A stretch of DNA of 63,381 nt, filler included, from Asterionella formosa (taxonomy: Eukaryota), in the NCBI GenBank assembly GCA_002256025.1. It is 13 parts of 13 records of this genome, joined end to end, with 100 filler letters (N's around TTAATTAATTAA, not from the genome) between each part and the next. Parts side by side here need not be neighbours in the genome. Positions count along the whole stretch, not along the records: positions 48,274 to 49,698 come from NKIB01002515.1; positions 49,799 to 51,220 come from NKIB01002516.1; positions 51,321 to 52,741 come from NKIB01002517.1; positions 52,842 to 54,262 come from NKIB01002518.1; positions 54,363 to 55,782 come from NKIB01002521.1; positions 55,883 to 57,302 come from NKIB01002522.1; positions 57,403 to 58,822 come from NKIB01002523.1; positions 58,923 to 60,342 come from NKIB01002524.1; 5 more parts are not named here. One strand, given 5' to 3'. The translations under genes were made by a program, and so were the position numbers. The notes beneath the pieces were generated by a model. That model did not search any database and was not told the origin of the DNA. It was given only the letters and a program-made list of their open reading frames with translations. This document shows positions 48,274 through 60,442 of this stretch, in pieces (the first letter of the stretch is position 1; every line of letters begins with the position of its first letter).

Positions 48274-48410
48274 AGTAAGGTCAATAGCAAAAACTAGCAC
48301 AAAGGCTAGCAGCAGAAAGAAGATAACAATACTACCGGTAGTGGTATAACATGCAAGTCCTACGTAAGAGGAAACCCGTCAGACGGGAAGGAGTATGAGA
48401 TCTTTCAACA
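48274..48410 (+). repeat. Partial Copia LTR (3' or solo) ending TTTCAACA
   Basis: Reverse complement of 59703-59833. Confidence 0.88.
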
Positions 48411-49011
48411 TATATGTACAGTTGAATGTTGGTACAAGGCCACACTGCCTACCACACGAAAGAATCAAACGTCCTTTTCAGGTTCTTTGAGTATTTAGCT
48501 AAATGTACGGAAAACCGACTCGCTGTTGCTTTCCATCACTTTGCGTTCCACAAAGATAAAGTCCTGTTTCTTCGAAGGATACTGGGGGATGCACTACTGG
48601 TAGCTATTGACACTGACACTGTAGCACGAGACGACTCTTTGCAGTGACGGATGAGAGATTCCGGCTATTGAGACAGGAAAGTGAACATCACATCCATCTT
48701 GGCTCGACCTACCAGCATACACGTAAAGGAGGCATCATTCATGATACAACTCCTGCTGATGCTGCAGTAAAACATGAAGAAGGAGCAAAAATACGCCGTA
48801 GTCGTCATGTTCATGTTCATGATCATGGTGAACAAAAGGGTACTACTCGACGAGAACTGACATTGCAACATGCCGGAAGGGAGAAAGCTGTTGCTACTAC
48901 AGCAACAACAACAACTACTACTACTACTACTTTCAATGAGGCATGTGATATCAATGCAGTTATATCTTAATCAATTTTTATCATGACTACATCAAGAAAA
49001 CTGATAACATA

Positions 49012-49698
49012 TCACTTATTGTTCTTCCTCCGAAGTGTTGAGCGTTTTGGCTGTTTTTCCATCTTCATGCTGTCAAGTTCTTCCTGCAGCTTTGCTATCA
49101 CATCACTTAAAGCTGTAATTTGTTCTAAAGCTTTCCTTTCTCTTTCCATTACCTCCTTTATGTCCTGAGTATTCCTACAAACTTCATCCTTGTAAGCTTC
49201 ACGATGATCTGCATACATTAGACCACCATCACTTTGTGGAGGGGCCTTCATCTTGGACAAATCTTTTTTAACTGCATCTAATTCGCGCTCAACTTTGGCT
49301 CTATCTGCAAGAGAATCATTCAACCTCTGGGAGTATTGCTTTTGAGAATCTTTCAATGTCTTCACTTCTGCAGCAAGAGAATCCACATCAACTCCACTGG
49401 ATCCTTGGATGATCAAGGCATCTTTATCACTGACCACTTTCGTTTTGTCAGTTACGCAGGATTTGATGTCTTGATTCAAAACAGAACCATTATTTGCATT
49501 CATGGTAGTGACTGTATTCGGAAGTTGAATCTTTGGTAGTTTCTTAACTTCATCAATGGTCATGTTTAAGGTATTTGCAGCAAGACATTCATGCAGGTTT
49601 ATCTCGAAATTGAAACTATCAAAAAGATTGTAGAGAGGAGTATCTACTCCTGGCTTCATTATGTGAGCAAGAGCACAGTCAGCAACTGCACATCCTTT
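49012..49698 (-). CDS. Hypothetical coiled-coil protein, 5'-truncated
   Basis: Frame open from the contig end; heptad-rich C-half (LAAEVKTLKDSQ..., LEQITALSDVIAKLQEELDSMK). Confidence 0.6.
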   Translation of the reverse strand, partial: KGCAVADCALAHIMKPGVDTPLYNLFDSFNFEINLHECLAANTLNMTIDEVKKLPKIQLPNTVTTMNANNGSVLNQDIKSCVTDKTKVVSDKDALIIQGSSGVDVDSLAAEVKTLKDSQKQYSQRLNDSLADRAKVERELDAVKKDLSKMKAPPQSDGGLMYADHREAYKDEVCRNTQDIKEVMERERKALEQITALSDVIAKLQEELDSMKMEKQPKRSTLRRKNNK

Positions 49699-49798
49699 NN
49701 NNNNNNNNNNNNNNNNNNNNNNNNNNNNNNNNNNNNNNNNNNTTAATTAATTAANNNNNNNNNNNNNNNNNNNNNNNNNNNNNNNNNNNNNNNNNNNN

Positions 49799-50287
49799 TG
49801 ACAATACCAAGGAAACCATTGGCACCACCACCACTGGTACAGTGGACAGAGCGAGCGTTGGCAAAGAGTTCCTTGCGAAGGCGGGTTACAGTGAAGGCTG
49901 TAGGTTTGCCCTCGATCGGCGTCAAGAGCGGATGAGGGAATGGGAAAACAGCGGAAACGATTGGAGTCGTCATGGTGGAAGAAGGCCTGAGAGACAGGGA
50001 CAGCGAACGGGCAAGCGGTGCTGGACGGTTGATTGTTGAGACCAGTGCTGGTTTGCACTGTCGACAAGACCCGCAACTTCGCAGGTGCGGACAAGAGAGA
50101 AAGAACAGATATTGTTGTTCTGTTGAGGGGAACCTTATCGTGAATAAAGGTGAACTACAATATTATGACTATTCTATTGCTGTTCCAAGTACATCGTTGT
50201 TAGCACTCACGCATGTACCTAATCTGGTGGCTGCGCCGGTATGGTTCGTACGGCGCATGTATGGAGCATCATATGCAGATATTAACA
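49799..50287 (-). mobile_element. CoDi-type Ty1/Copia 5' end: 167-bp LTR (50287-50121), leader and gag start (49973)
   Basis: LTR TGTTAAT...TCAACA; gag FPFPHPLLTPIEGKPT..LRKELFANARSVHCTSGGGANGFLGIV. Confidence 0.85.
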
Positions 50288-52082
50288 GCTATTATTGCTC
50301 TTTTTTTCATTTTGTGTAAGTACCGGTATACATGTAGCACCTGGTATCATATAAACAACGATACACACGTGACCACAAACTAGCTCTATTTTCTATTCGC
50401 TAAAAATTTGAGCGGGAGATTTGACTATTTTAGGATTTGGTCGATGCGGTGGGAAAAAATTTCACTATGTACCGGTATTGATAAACATTTCTCGACCAAG
50501 TGATGTGTTTTGATATTTGCAACTTTAATTGGCTTTGGTATTTGGTCGCTGCACTGCAGATGCTCGAATCCTATTATGTATGTGTCAACGTCAGCGCTTT
50601 AAATGGCTGGCTGGCTGTACAAGAAGATTTTTCTTGCAGCAACGGAGGGACGATACCGGTAGATTCGTTCATTATCTACCGGTACCGTATGTAAATATAG
50701 GTATGTAACAGTTGCGTGCACTGTGTACCAAGTGCCACTGCTCCAATGATCACATTTTTTCATACATAAACCTGTATCACATGACAAAAGCTTTTCCAGC
50801 AGTACGCTCGTATGACGACAAGAATACTTACTAAGGTACCAGGTACTGGTATATGTATGGTGAACGCAATCCTACCTGGTAGTACCTGGTACCTGGTAGG
50901 GTGTATGTAAGATGTACGTGTACATGTCGTTGGTACGCTGTACCAGGTACTGGCAAAACTATACCGGTAGTATGCATCAGCATTCCTAACAGAAATTGCC
51001 GGTACAGCTGTTTGTTCGATGCATCCCATGGAATATCGTAGTGTGCAACGTCCATTTAGTTGTAGTCAGCTGTTGCACGAAGACTAAAACTCAGTCGAGA
51101 GTTGTGAAGGCTCCGGAACTATCAGCCTCCTGGGACATATTATCTCTCTACTTCAGCGCCCGAAAGTGGAAAAGGAGAGAAATTCCCGGCAATCTGGCAC
51201 CCCATCCCGTCTTCCAAAGANNNNNNNNNNNNNNNNNNNNNNNNNNNNNNNNNNNNNNNNNNNNTTAATTAATTAANNNNNNNNNNNNNNNNNNNNNNNN
51301 NNNNNNNNNNNNNNNNNNNNAACTCATGCTTGAGGATGTGCTTGAGTTGATCATTGAATGATTGTTGACTCTCGAAGTAAGCCAAAACCAAGCGAATCAA
51401 TTATTTTGTGTTCTTTTCATTGTTCCATTCAAACACTTGTTGCCACGCATTGTCGATCAAGCAAAATGACAATCAACCTCAAATCTTCCTTGGCGGAAAC
51501 CTCTTGATCTTCTGGATGAGTTATCATGAGTTTTAGGAGCTTCTTTAAGGTCTTGAGACAGGCAGCGAAGTCGATTATAAACATGTTGAAATGTTTTATT
51601 GAGTAATATCATGGCATCCAGCCACTGTTATTGACTCTCAGAGATATCATGAAGAAGGTAATCTTCCAGTCACATCACTATGACTTTCTTGTTGAGACTT
51701 TTATGATGGGACTGAGCATCTGAGTGTATTGCAACGCTCATCCAGTCAGACAGGACGATATCTATGAGTCATCTTTTGTAGCAGTAGGTGAACAAGCAAG
51801 GAATCTGCTGGACTGAAGATATATGTGTTAGCCATATCACAGGATTTACTGAAATCAATAAACAAGCTTCCCCTGAGCGTCAATTGATCATATCTTTGCT
51901 GTAAGACTCCAAATGTCGACCTGGCTTGTAAGGATACACAAAGAAGTTTGAATCTTGATGTTTAGTATGTTGTTATCCTTCATCAATGGGACCACTGGAA
52001 CTTGAGAGGACATCAACAATATTAATTCTAATTGGACTCTTTTTGAATAATAGATGAAGAAAAGAGTTGTGGCAATGTTGAT

Positions 52083-52741
52083 ATGGACTCTGATTGTTCA
52101 CAGAAAGGGAAGCCAGATGAAGCAGAAAAAGACCCTGACTATGTTCTTAATTCGCAAAATAGCAGTGATGACGATGACAAATCATTGACTCTTCCTCCTC
52201 CTGTTGCAAAGAAGGCAACAAAAAAGAAAAAGGCTACAGTAGCAAAATCAACTCCTCCAAGCAGTGTTACATGTGCTAACACATATTTTCGTGTCATCAA
52301 TGTGTACATGTGTGAGCAACACAGAAGTGATGTGTTGATGCTTGGTCAGCCTCCAACTATGGCTGAACTGGATGTAAGGAAATTCAGGCACAAATACATT
52401 TTCGATAGACTCATAACTACATTCCTTGATGATGAAGATGATGACAGCAATAATCTTGCATTTTCACAAGATCCTTATTGGGAACAAATGGGAATAGACA
52501 GTTGTTACCCAAAGACGTATGACGCTCTGTCCTCTGTCGAATTTTCTATGGCAATGGGGTACATTAACTATCATTACCAAATTGCATACAGGAACAACAA
52601 AAAGTCAGGAAGTCATGATGACTTTGTTAATTTTGTTGGAAGCCGACCTTATATATATTACTACCATTTATGGTTGTGCCAAGTTCCTCACCTTCTCAAT
52701 TTCGCTGTTCCATTGCTTCCAAAATCATCATTCCGTGAAAG
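52083..52741 (+). CDS. Hypothetical protein (3'-truncated), possibly TE-associated
   Basis: 219+ codons open; acidic/Lys-rich N-terminus then YFRVINV...KKSGSHDDFVNFV...YYYHLWL. Confidence 0.55.
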
Positions 52742-53213
52742 NNNNNNNNNNNNNNNNNNNNNNNNNNNNNNNNNNNNNNNNNNNNTTAATTAATTAANNN
52801 NNNNNNNNNNNNNNNNNNNNNNNNNNNNNNNNNNNNNNNNNGCAACGTAGGAAGTCGAATGTTAAAGACTGTAAGCTACCGTTATTTACTCCATATTCCG
52901 ACTGAAAATGCTTAATGATTTTGTCGATCTGTTCGAAACCTGATGCATGTACTAAGTGTATGTTGCTAGTGCTCAACAAATAAGTACTTGGTAATCAGTT
53001 TTGATTCAGTGTATTGCGCCATGCAAATTCACTTAGCTTGCATAATGGTAGTGGTGGCTTACAAAGTATCATGATCATAGCAAAGATCCAATATGATACT
53101 ATTATTCACCATCGGTATGTATTCTGGTAGTCACAACTTGGGAAGAAAAGGTAGTCTACAAAATTGCGACTTAAAATGACATTGGATACATAAAATCATA
53201 GTGGATTTCTTAA

Positions 53214-53461
53214 TGTGTGTTATAAATCACTAGACTGTCCTGCTGATCTATCTGTTTGCCTCAACACATGAAATGTTGTGCACTTGTGTGACTCATTTCT
53301 CTAGTCCTGATAAACTACTCTAATAACTCTTTAACAAACACACCTTCCAAACTCCTTTCGAGCTTGTCAGATTAGTTATCAGACTCACCCCTTCCCTCAT
53401 ACTCTTGTTCATCAACATTATCAATCTCCCTCGTTCCCTCTTTCATTACAGGTTATGAGCC
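53214..53461 (+). repeat. Copia 5' LTR plus PBS GGTTATGAGCC
   Basis: Homologous to the LTR at 40524-40765; ends TTCATTACA at 53450; PBS 53451-53461. The left boundary is approximate. Confidence 0.75.
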
Positions 53462-53787
53462 TAAGCTTTTTCCTTGAAAGAAAAGAAATTGTTGATTGCC
53501 ACTTCAATCTCACCATTGGCGCCAACCGCAAAATTTCATTCATATTCGATTGTTTTCGCATCATTCATTTGTCATCTACATCTGTCTAGCTGCATACTAG
53601 TACACTTAAAAATGTCAATTAAATTTTATAGTACATAAAAGCTATCCAATAATTGCACTCAGGCCCACCAAATAGGTGGACACAATTAGTACCGGTTTTA
53701 TTCGTCCATATGGTACAACGGGACCTGTCGTTTTGTTCCGCCTAATGGTACTAGTACAGGGTCGAACTTTTGACTTGCATCTGCCCG

Positions 53788-54110
53788 TTTGGCATTCTTC
53801 CAATTTTCCTCTCAATCAATACTAGTATAGCTAATGAAAACCGTAATTAAATTAAATGTGACTTCCGGTTTCTAATATTTTACATTGCACTACTGAAACT
53901 TGAATCCATCAATGGGCATTCAAGTTGTGCTTCTTGCATTTTTGCAGTATAGAGTGGCTGTTGGTCGATAGGCCAAAGTGTCTGGCTTTTCATGAACATC
54001 TACAAAGTAGTGCTTTTGTCGAGTTTTGTGTCTTAACCAACTGCTGCCATCCATTGAGCCATTCCAGATACATCAAATTATATGCTCCTGTTGTCAAAGC
54101 CAAGGATCTA
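53788..54110 (-). pseudogene. IS630/Tc1-like transposase fragment
   Basis: Minus strand KHYFVDVHEKPDTLAYR...AH*WIQV; overlaps the repeat shared with 48014-48173. Confidence 0.55.
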
Positions 54111-56095
54111 GTACGATGACAAAGGGAATCTAACGAGACAAGAAAATTACAAAACCAGAATCACTCTGTTAATATGATACATAGACAGTCTCTCGCTTCT
54201 TTGTGCATATCGCCTGCTATGCTGCATTTCAATTCTAGATGTATTATGTTCTCATTAGAGAGNNNNNNNNNNNNNNNNNNNNNNNNNNNNNNNNNNNNNN
54301 NNNNNNTTAATTAATTAANNNNNNNNNNNNNNNNNNNNNNNNNNNNNNNNNNNNNNNNNNNNAGATGGGACCACGCGTCGCCGTAGAGTGGATCGAAGGA
54401 ATACTAGTGAAGACATGTTCGATCCGCTAGATAATGGGGACTGAAAAGCAGAAATTCAAGGAGCAGGCAGCGGGGACAATGAGATGAAAACTACCGTACG
54501 GTAGGGAGGTTATTATTATATTCAAAGCACGCGTCAGACTTCATTTTGAGTGGCAAGTCTGGATGTGCTAAAATAACCAACCCTCTCACCTCTCGTTTAT
54601 ATTTATGATGTATTAGTATCGGTATATTATGTACATATGTATAGAGCTTAGAAAATAGGTGGTACTCGTGAACCTACCGGTATGATATTCACTTTGTACC
54701 GGTATTGTTGGACAGAAAATTATACCCGTAGTGACAGCTAGTGCACTAGTAATCAACTACCGGTAGCACTGTGGCTGTACAAAGGTAGTAGTGATAAAGA
54801 ATGTTAGTAATTTCGCTGTAATCATCGTCTTGTTACAACCGAAACAAAACTCTCTTTCTCCTTCCCATTTTGTCTGTCTCATCCCTTCGTTTGAATTGAT
54901 TTCATTACCACATAATCTATACAACATCTTCCCAAATTACCAAAATGATTCATTCCAATTTAATCATGTCTTACACAAGTGGAAAATTCGCAGCTCAAGC
55001 AAAGCAGGTTACAGCACATGATAAGACTGGCTGGTTGTCCGGAAAACACCATTCTTGCATAGTAATGAAGAAAAATGGCAGAATTCCTTGATTCTTCCTT
55101 GTTGCGCCTTTCCGTCCAAGGTGGATGGCATCCCATCTACAACAGTGACAGAATAAAAGTTCTTTGGCTTTCTATGGTATCAATCAAGATGTCATCAGCA
55201 ACCCAGAGGATGACCAGGTCAATGTAAACATGTGGAAGAAATTTTTTCTGATGATGATTACAAATCTGTAATTTCCAACACTAATTTGATTTCAGACAAG
55301 CCAATTGGATACAGTGTACTCAATCAATATCAATCAGTCACCCTAAAAAGGTCACCTGTTCTAAGGAAGGAGAACCTATGCTCAAGTAACCAGTAACTCA
55401 TGAGTAATATATAAGAAGTCTCAAAGTCAGCATTGAACCTCACATAAAGAAACTTGTGGTTTATAATACCTGATGTCTTGCATATGGGTGCTCAAGCTAG
55501 ATGACTAGAAAGGTTCACAATGACATGATACAGGGCTCACATCATCCCTTTTCCAAGCCCAGCTCAACCAAGCAATCGAATATAGAATAAATAATCTTTA
55601 GCTCAATTGTTTTAATCCTTTTGCTTTGTTTGTTAACTCATAGCTTGTTTAGGAATGATCACCTAGATAGTATGGGGCAGATATTTTCATTTTGGGTTGC
55701 TGTTGGCATTTGTTGCAGCAAAAGCAACTTTAGAAACACTGCCTCTGACCATTTTATGTGCCATCATTCATGAAATATAATCNNNNNNNNNNNNNNNNNN
55801 NNNNNNNNNNNNNNNNNNNNNNNNNNTTAATTAATTAANNNNNNNNNNNNNNNNNNNNNNNNNNNNNNNNNNNNNNNNNNNNCTGAGATTAAATTGTTAG
55901 CAAAGAAAGACGAGGTAAGGTAGTCGTCTACTGGTATAGGACAAACCGCTATCATGGATGCAAGGCAATTGGTTGTTTCTCATCCAATGACTCACCCGAC
56001 TACCGGTAGCGAACTTACTTGTACAGCTCACCTGGTCTTGCTGGAAGGTACCAGGTGAAGTATCTAACTAGAAGTAGTAGTATTTGTTGAATATA

Positions 56096-57302
56096 TGAGC
56101 TTATTAATTAATCCTTATGTATAACTCATTTCCTGAACTGACATCAAAGTATAGAATGGGTGTTAGTCGAGTTCTCTCATTATTGAATTCCGATATATTT
56201 GACATAACCCCAACTCTATATATATCTGTATCGATGTGCAGGATTGCTCACTCTCCCACACTTGAGGGAAAACCTTTTACCTATGAAAAGGTTTGATACG
56301 ACGAATATTAATTCGTTCGGTAATATGCATAGTGCGTTGAAAAGTAACTGTACCATTGGCATGTACTTGAATAATAGTATAAGGACCTCGTCCACGATCA
56401 TCCAAAGTAGTAGGATTATCCAATAATATTAAAATCTCGTCACCCACTTTGTAATCATAAGATCGACGACGGAAATTTGCACGACGTAAACGTTCGTCAA
56501 TTATCACCTGTCGACGTTGATGTATTAATTGTAAATCTGTAATCAAAGGAATATTTAATATCATATCACGTTGGAAAACCCATGCTCCTGGTGAAATACG
56601 TAATATACTATGAATAGTAGCTCGAGCTGCATATGACGCAGCTGCAAAACATGTATCCACAATATTTTGGGCTTGAAATTCATTGATTGGAGGATGAGCC
56701 TTTAACATAACTCGTAGACTATTGCTGATAGATTGATGGAAACGTTCACAGATAGCATTTGCTTGTGGATTCTTTACTGTGGTAGTCACATCTTTGATTC
56801 CATTCAATACTAACATGTGTAAGAAAGGAGCACCAGTAAATTCACCTCCATTGTCATGTATACAACGTTCTGGACGGGGATATCTGGCTAACCAATCATT
56901 TTCAAATTTCATTGCAATATATTCTGATGTTTTATTGATGATACGTGAAATTTCTGCTAAATTGGTGACTGTGTCAATACAAGTTAGAGCACGAAATTCA
57001 ATCGTTTGAGCAGCCACTGTTATCTTCCATGGACCAATTAGATCTACTGCGACTTCTGACCATGGTAATAATAATGCATTCCTGGGTGGAAGTTCACCAA
57101 AACCAGTACCAGGTAATTTTGTACGTTGACATGCTTCACATACTCTTACAATATGTTCCACTCTTGTTTTTAATATAGGGTGATAAAAATGTGTAGCAAT
57201 TGTAGCATTTAATCTTGTCATACCCACATGAGCTAACATCTGATGATACCAATTAATAATAGGATCCAATAATGATGTAGGAATAGCAATACGCCAAGTA
57301 TC
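56096..57302 (-). mobile_element. Ty3/Gypsy integrase (56277-57302) plus PPT and 155-bp 3' LTR (56250-56096)
   Basis: HHCC (YHQMLAHVG..CEAC), PWSEVAVDLIGPW, DNGGEF, PQANAICER, GPY motif. PPT GGGAGAG then TGAGC...GCTCA. Confidence 0.92.
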
Positions 57303-57949
57303 NNNNNNNNNNNNNNNNNNNNNNNNNNNNNNNNNNNNNNNNNNNNTTAATTAATTAANNNNNNNNNNNNNNNNNNNNNNNNNNNNNNNNNNNNNNNNNN
57401 NNACATCACCACTTGTATTTGAAGCCATTCTTTTTCTAAAGATGAACCGTCATTTTTGGAATGATGTTATTGTAGGAAAAGCGATGGGAAGGACACTTGC
57501 TCCTGCAGATGAATTCTAGAAAATAATCCATTAAAATTTACCTATGTTATTCTTTGCTTAATATAAAAATATATGGACCACTTCATTTGCAAACTATTCA
57601 CATCACGATAGCAAGATTTGATAAATTATCATCTATTCATTGATCTCCGTCTACTTTTTCTCTGGTAGAAAAATAATGTGAAATAATGTTTAATTGCAAG
57701 TGCAACATTTCCAAATAACTTTTAAAAACAATCTACCTACAATATACTAATTAAAGCAGGATTTAACAATATGAAATCAGGCAAATAATGACAATGATGA
57801 AGTTTCTTTCCAGCTACTGATTCTTTAATAACGGTATGATGATTAAGTCTTTTCGTTACAATGGACAGTACCATCCATTTGGAAAAGAATAGAATAAGAT
57901 AGTATCCCAACGCCATGGAAAGGGCCAGTTCATCATTCATGTTGTAAAA

Positions 57950-58822
57950 TCTACTCACAAAATTGAAATGATATGTTTCTACTAGGCTACTACTGGCTGC
58001 TGGATATACCATTTCTTTACAACCATAAGACCGTTCCGTTATGTTGAACATTTCAATTGACTGGGGACTAGAATAGTTTGGAAGTGTATCCATATCTCTT
58101 TCTTGGAACAATGACAAACGACATAAAATGGTCATCATGTATTGTTGTCGCATAAATACACAAAATTGAAATGATAGGTTCCTACTACTGGATATTCCAT
58201 AAGAACTTTACAACCATGAGACCTTTCCATGATGTTGAACATCTCATTTGATGGGGCAATAATATAGAATGAGATTATACACTTACCTCATTCTTGGAAC
58301 AATGACAACCCACATAAATACACAAAATTTAAATGATTGGTTCCTAGTACTGGATATTCCATAACTTTACAACTATGCGACCACTCCATGATGTTGAACA
58401 TCTCATTTGACGGGGGAGTAATATAGAGTGATATTATACCCATATCTCACTCTTGGAACAATCACCAACGCCAAACAATGGTGAGCATGTGATGTTGCAG
58501 CATAAATACACAAAATTGAAATGATTGGTTTCTACTACTGGATATTCCATAACTTTGCAACCATGAGACCTTTCCATGATGTTGAACATCTCATTTGACG
58601 AGCCAATAATAAAGAATGAGAATCAACCCTTATCTCATTCTTGGAACAATGACAAACGACATAAAATGGTCATCATGTGATGTTGTCACATAAATTCACA
58701 AAATTGAAATGATAGGTTCCTACTACTGGATATTCCATAACTTTACAACTATAAGACCTTTCCATGAAGTTGAACATCTTAATTGACTGGGGATTAATAT
58801 AGACCGAGATTGTATCCAAATC
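57950..58822. repeat. Tandem repeat, ~5 units of 160-200 bp
   Basis: CACAAAATT(G/T)AAATGAT recurs at ~57956, 58159, 58321, 58509 and 58697, each followed by TACTGGATA..CCAT and GTTGAACAT motifs. Confidence 0.9.
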
Positions 58823-58922
58823 NNNNNNNNNNNNNNNNNNNNNNNNNNNNNNNNNNNNNNNNNNNNTTAATTAATTAANNNNNNNNNNNNNNNNNNNNNN
58901 NNNNNNNNNNNNNNNNNNNNNN

Positions 58923-59885
58923 TGTGGCCATACTTGCCACACTTACGACAGTCACCTTTGAACTTCCCTTTCGTGTAGAAGGCCTGTTCACTCTTGTTCT
59001 TGTCAGTCGTTTTGACGTCATCCCGGACATATAGATCGTAGTAGTCCCGGATGTCTGTCTTAATCTCTTCGACCGTTAGCGTGTTGCGCGCCAGGCCGAA
59101 CCTTCCTACTACCAAACTCTTGTAGCTCTCCGGTAGGTTGTTGATCATGTGTGCCACATAGGCACCATCCGAAACGGCAGAGCTTGTATTGCCCAATCGT
59201 TCCCGGATTCGATCCAACTCCACATACCAGCTGTCGGGGTTCTCGTTTTCCCCTAGAGTGCACTTCGTCCATTGGTGGGACAAGGCAATGACATTCGCCA
59301 TGTTGCCTGACTCATACGTCGAAATGAGCTTGTCCCATGCTTCTTTAGCATTGCCGTTAGGAAACTCGGCACTTCTTGCATTATTTACGTGTCCGAATGG
59401 CCCACTCTGGCATGCCATTATCAGACTTGCGTAAGCAACTGTGTTGCTCCTTCGGATGCGTCTCTCGTCAGCATCCGACAACACGATCGTATCGCCCTTT
59501 AGGTCTTTCTCTCCTCTTGGTAGTTCGTCACCGTTAAGTATTTCTTGAAAGTTCTTGTAGCACGCGTATGCGAGAAACTTCGCTTTCCACATGTGCCATT
59601 TAGCATCTTGCCCATCGAATGTCGGCAACCTCACTGACGTGTCTTCGTCACTTCCCATCGTTCCTGAGTAGCCTGTGGCCTTAAAGTGGACGCTTTAAAG
59701 CGTGTTGAAAGGTCTCGTACTCCTTCCCGTCTGATGGGTTCCTCTTACGTAAAACTTACCTGTTATACCACTAGTATTGTTATCTTCTTTCTGCTGCTAG
59801 CCTTCGTGCTAGTTTTCGCTATTGACCTTACTCTGTCAATTCTCACTGTTTCTTAATTATAAGATTAAACTAAAACTAAGTTTCA
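58923..59885 (-). mobile_element. Ty1/Copia 5' end: LTR (~59885-59703) and gag with zinc knuckle (59658-58923, truncated)
   Basis: LPTFDG..W.MWK.KF, AWDKL, NNLPESY, CRKCGKYGH; LTR shared with 48274-48410. Confidence 0.9.
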
Positions 59886-60442
59886 ATCCCATTCATCACA
59901 CTTCGAGAACCTGTTCTTCGTGTTCCCTTTTCGTTGATGTAAACCTTCTTCTGATTGATCTACTAAGACATCAATCTCATTAGCAAGCTTCTTGACATGG
60001 GAACGCACCATTTGACTCATTGGACTATAGTCGAGTCCACAGTCCTTGTGACTCATTATAGCCATTGATGCTATATTCTTGACAACCGGGTACTGGTACC
60101 AGGTACCGGTAGTTTTGACTTAACGGTATAATAAATATCTATAGTACCTGGTACCTGGTACCAGATAACAAGTCTACCCGGTACTGGTGAGCGATCTCGC
60201 GAATCAATACAGATGTATATAGGGTTAGCCGATTTTAGCATGACAACCAGAATAAGGGTAATATGCATAGAGATGGTACAACAAGAGTAAAACACACAAG
60301 AATGATTGTAACATGCAACATCAATGAAAATTGAACATGATGNNNNNNNNNNNNNNNNNNNNNNNNNNNNNNNNNNNNNNNNNNNNTTAATTAATTAANN
60401 NNNNNNNNNNNNNNNNNNNNNNNNNNNNNNNNNNNNNNNNNN

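Noticed and set aside
54363..55782. Possible decayed gene or TE in this contig
   Set aside because: No recognisable motif in any frame I could read.
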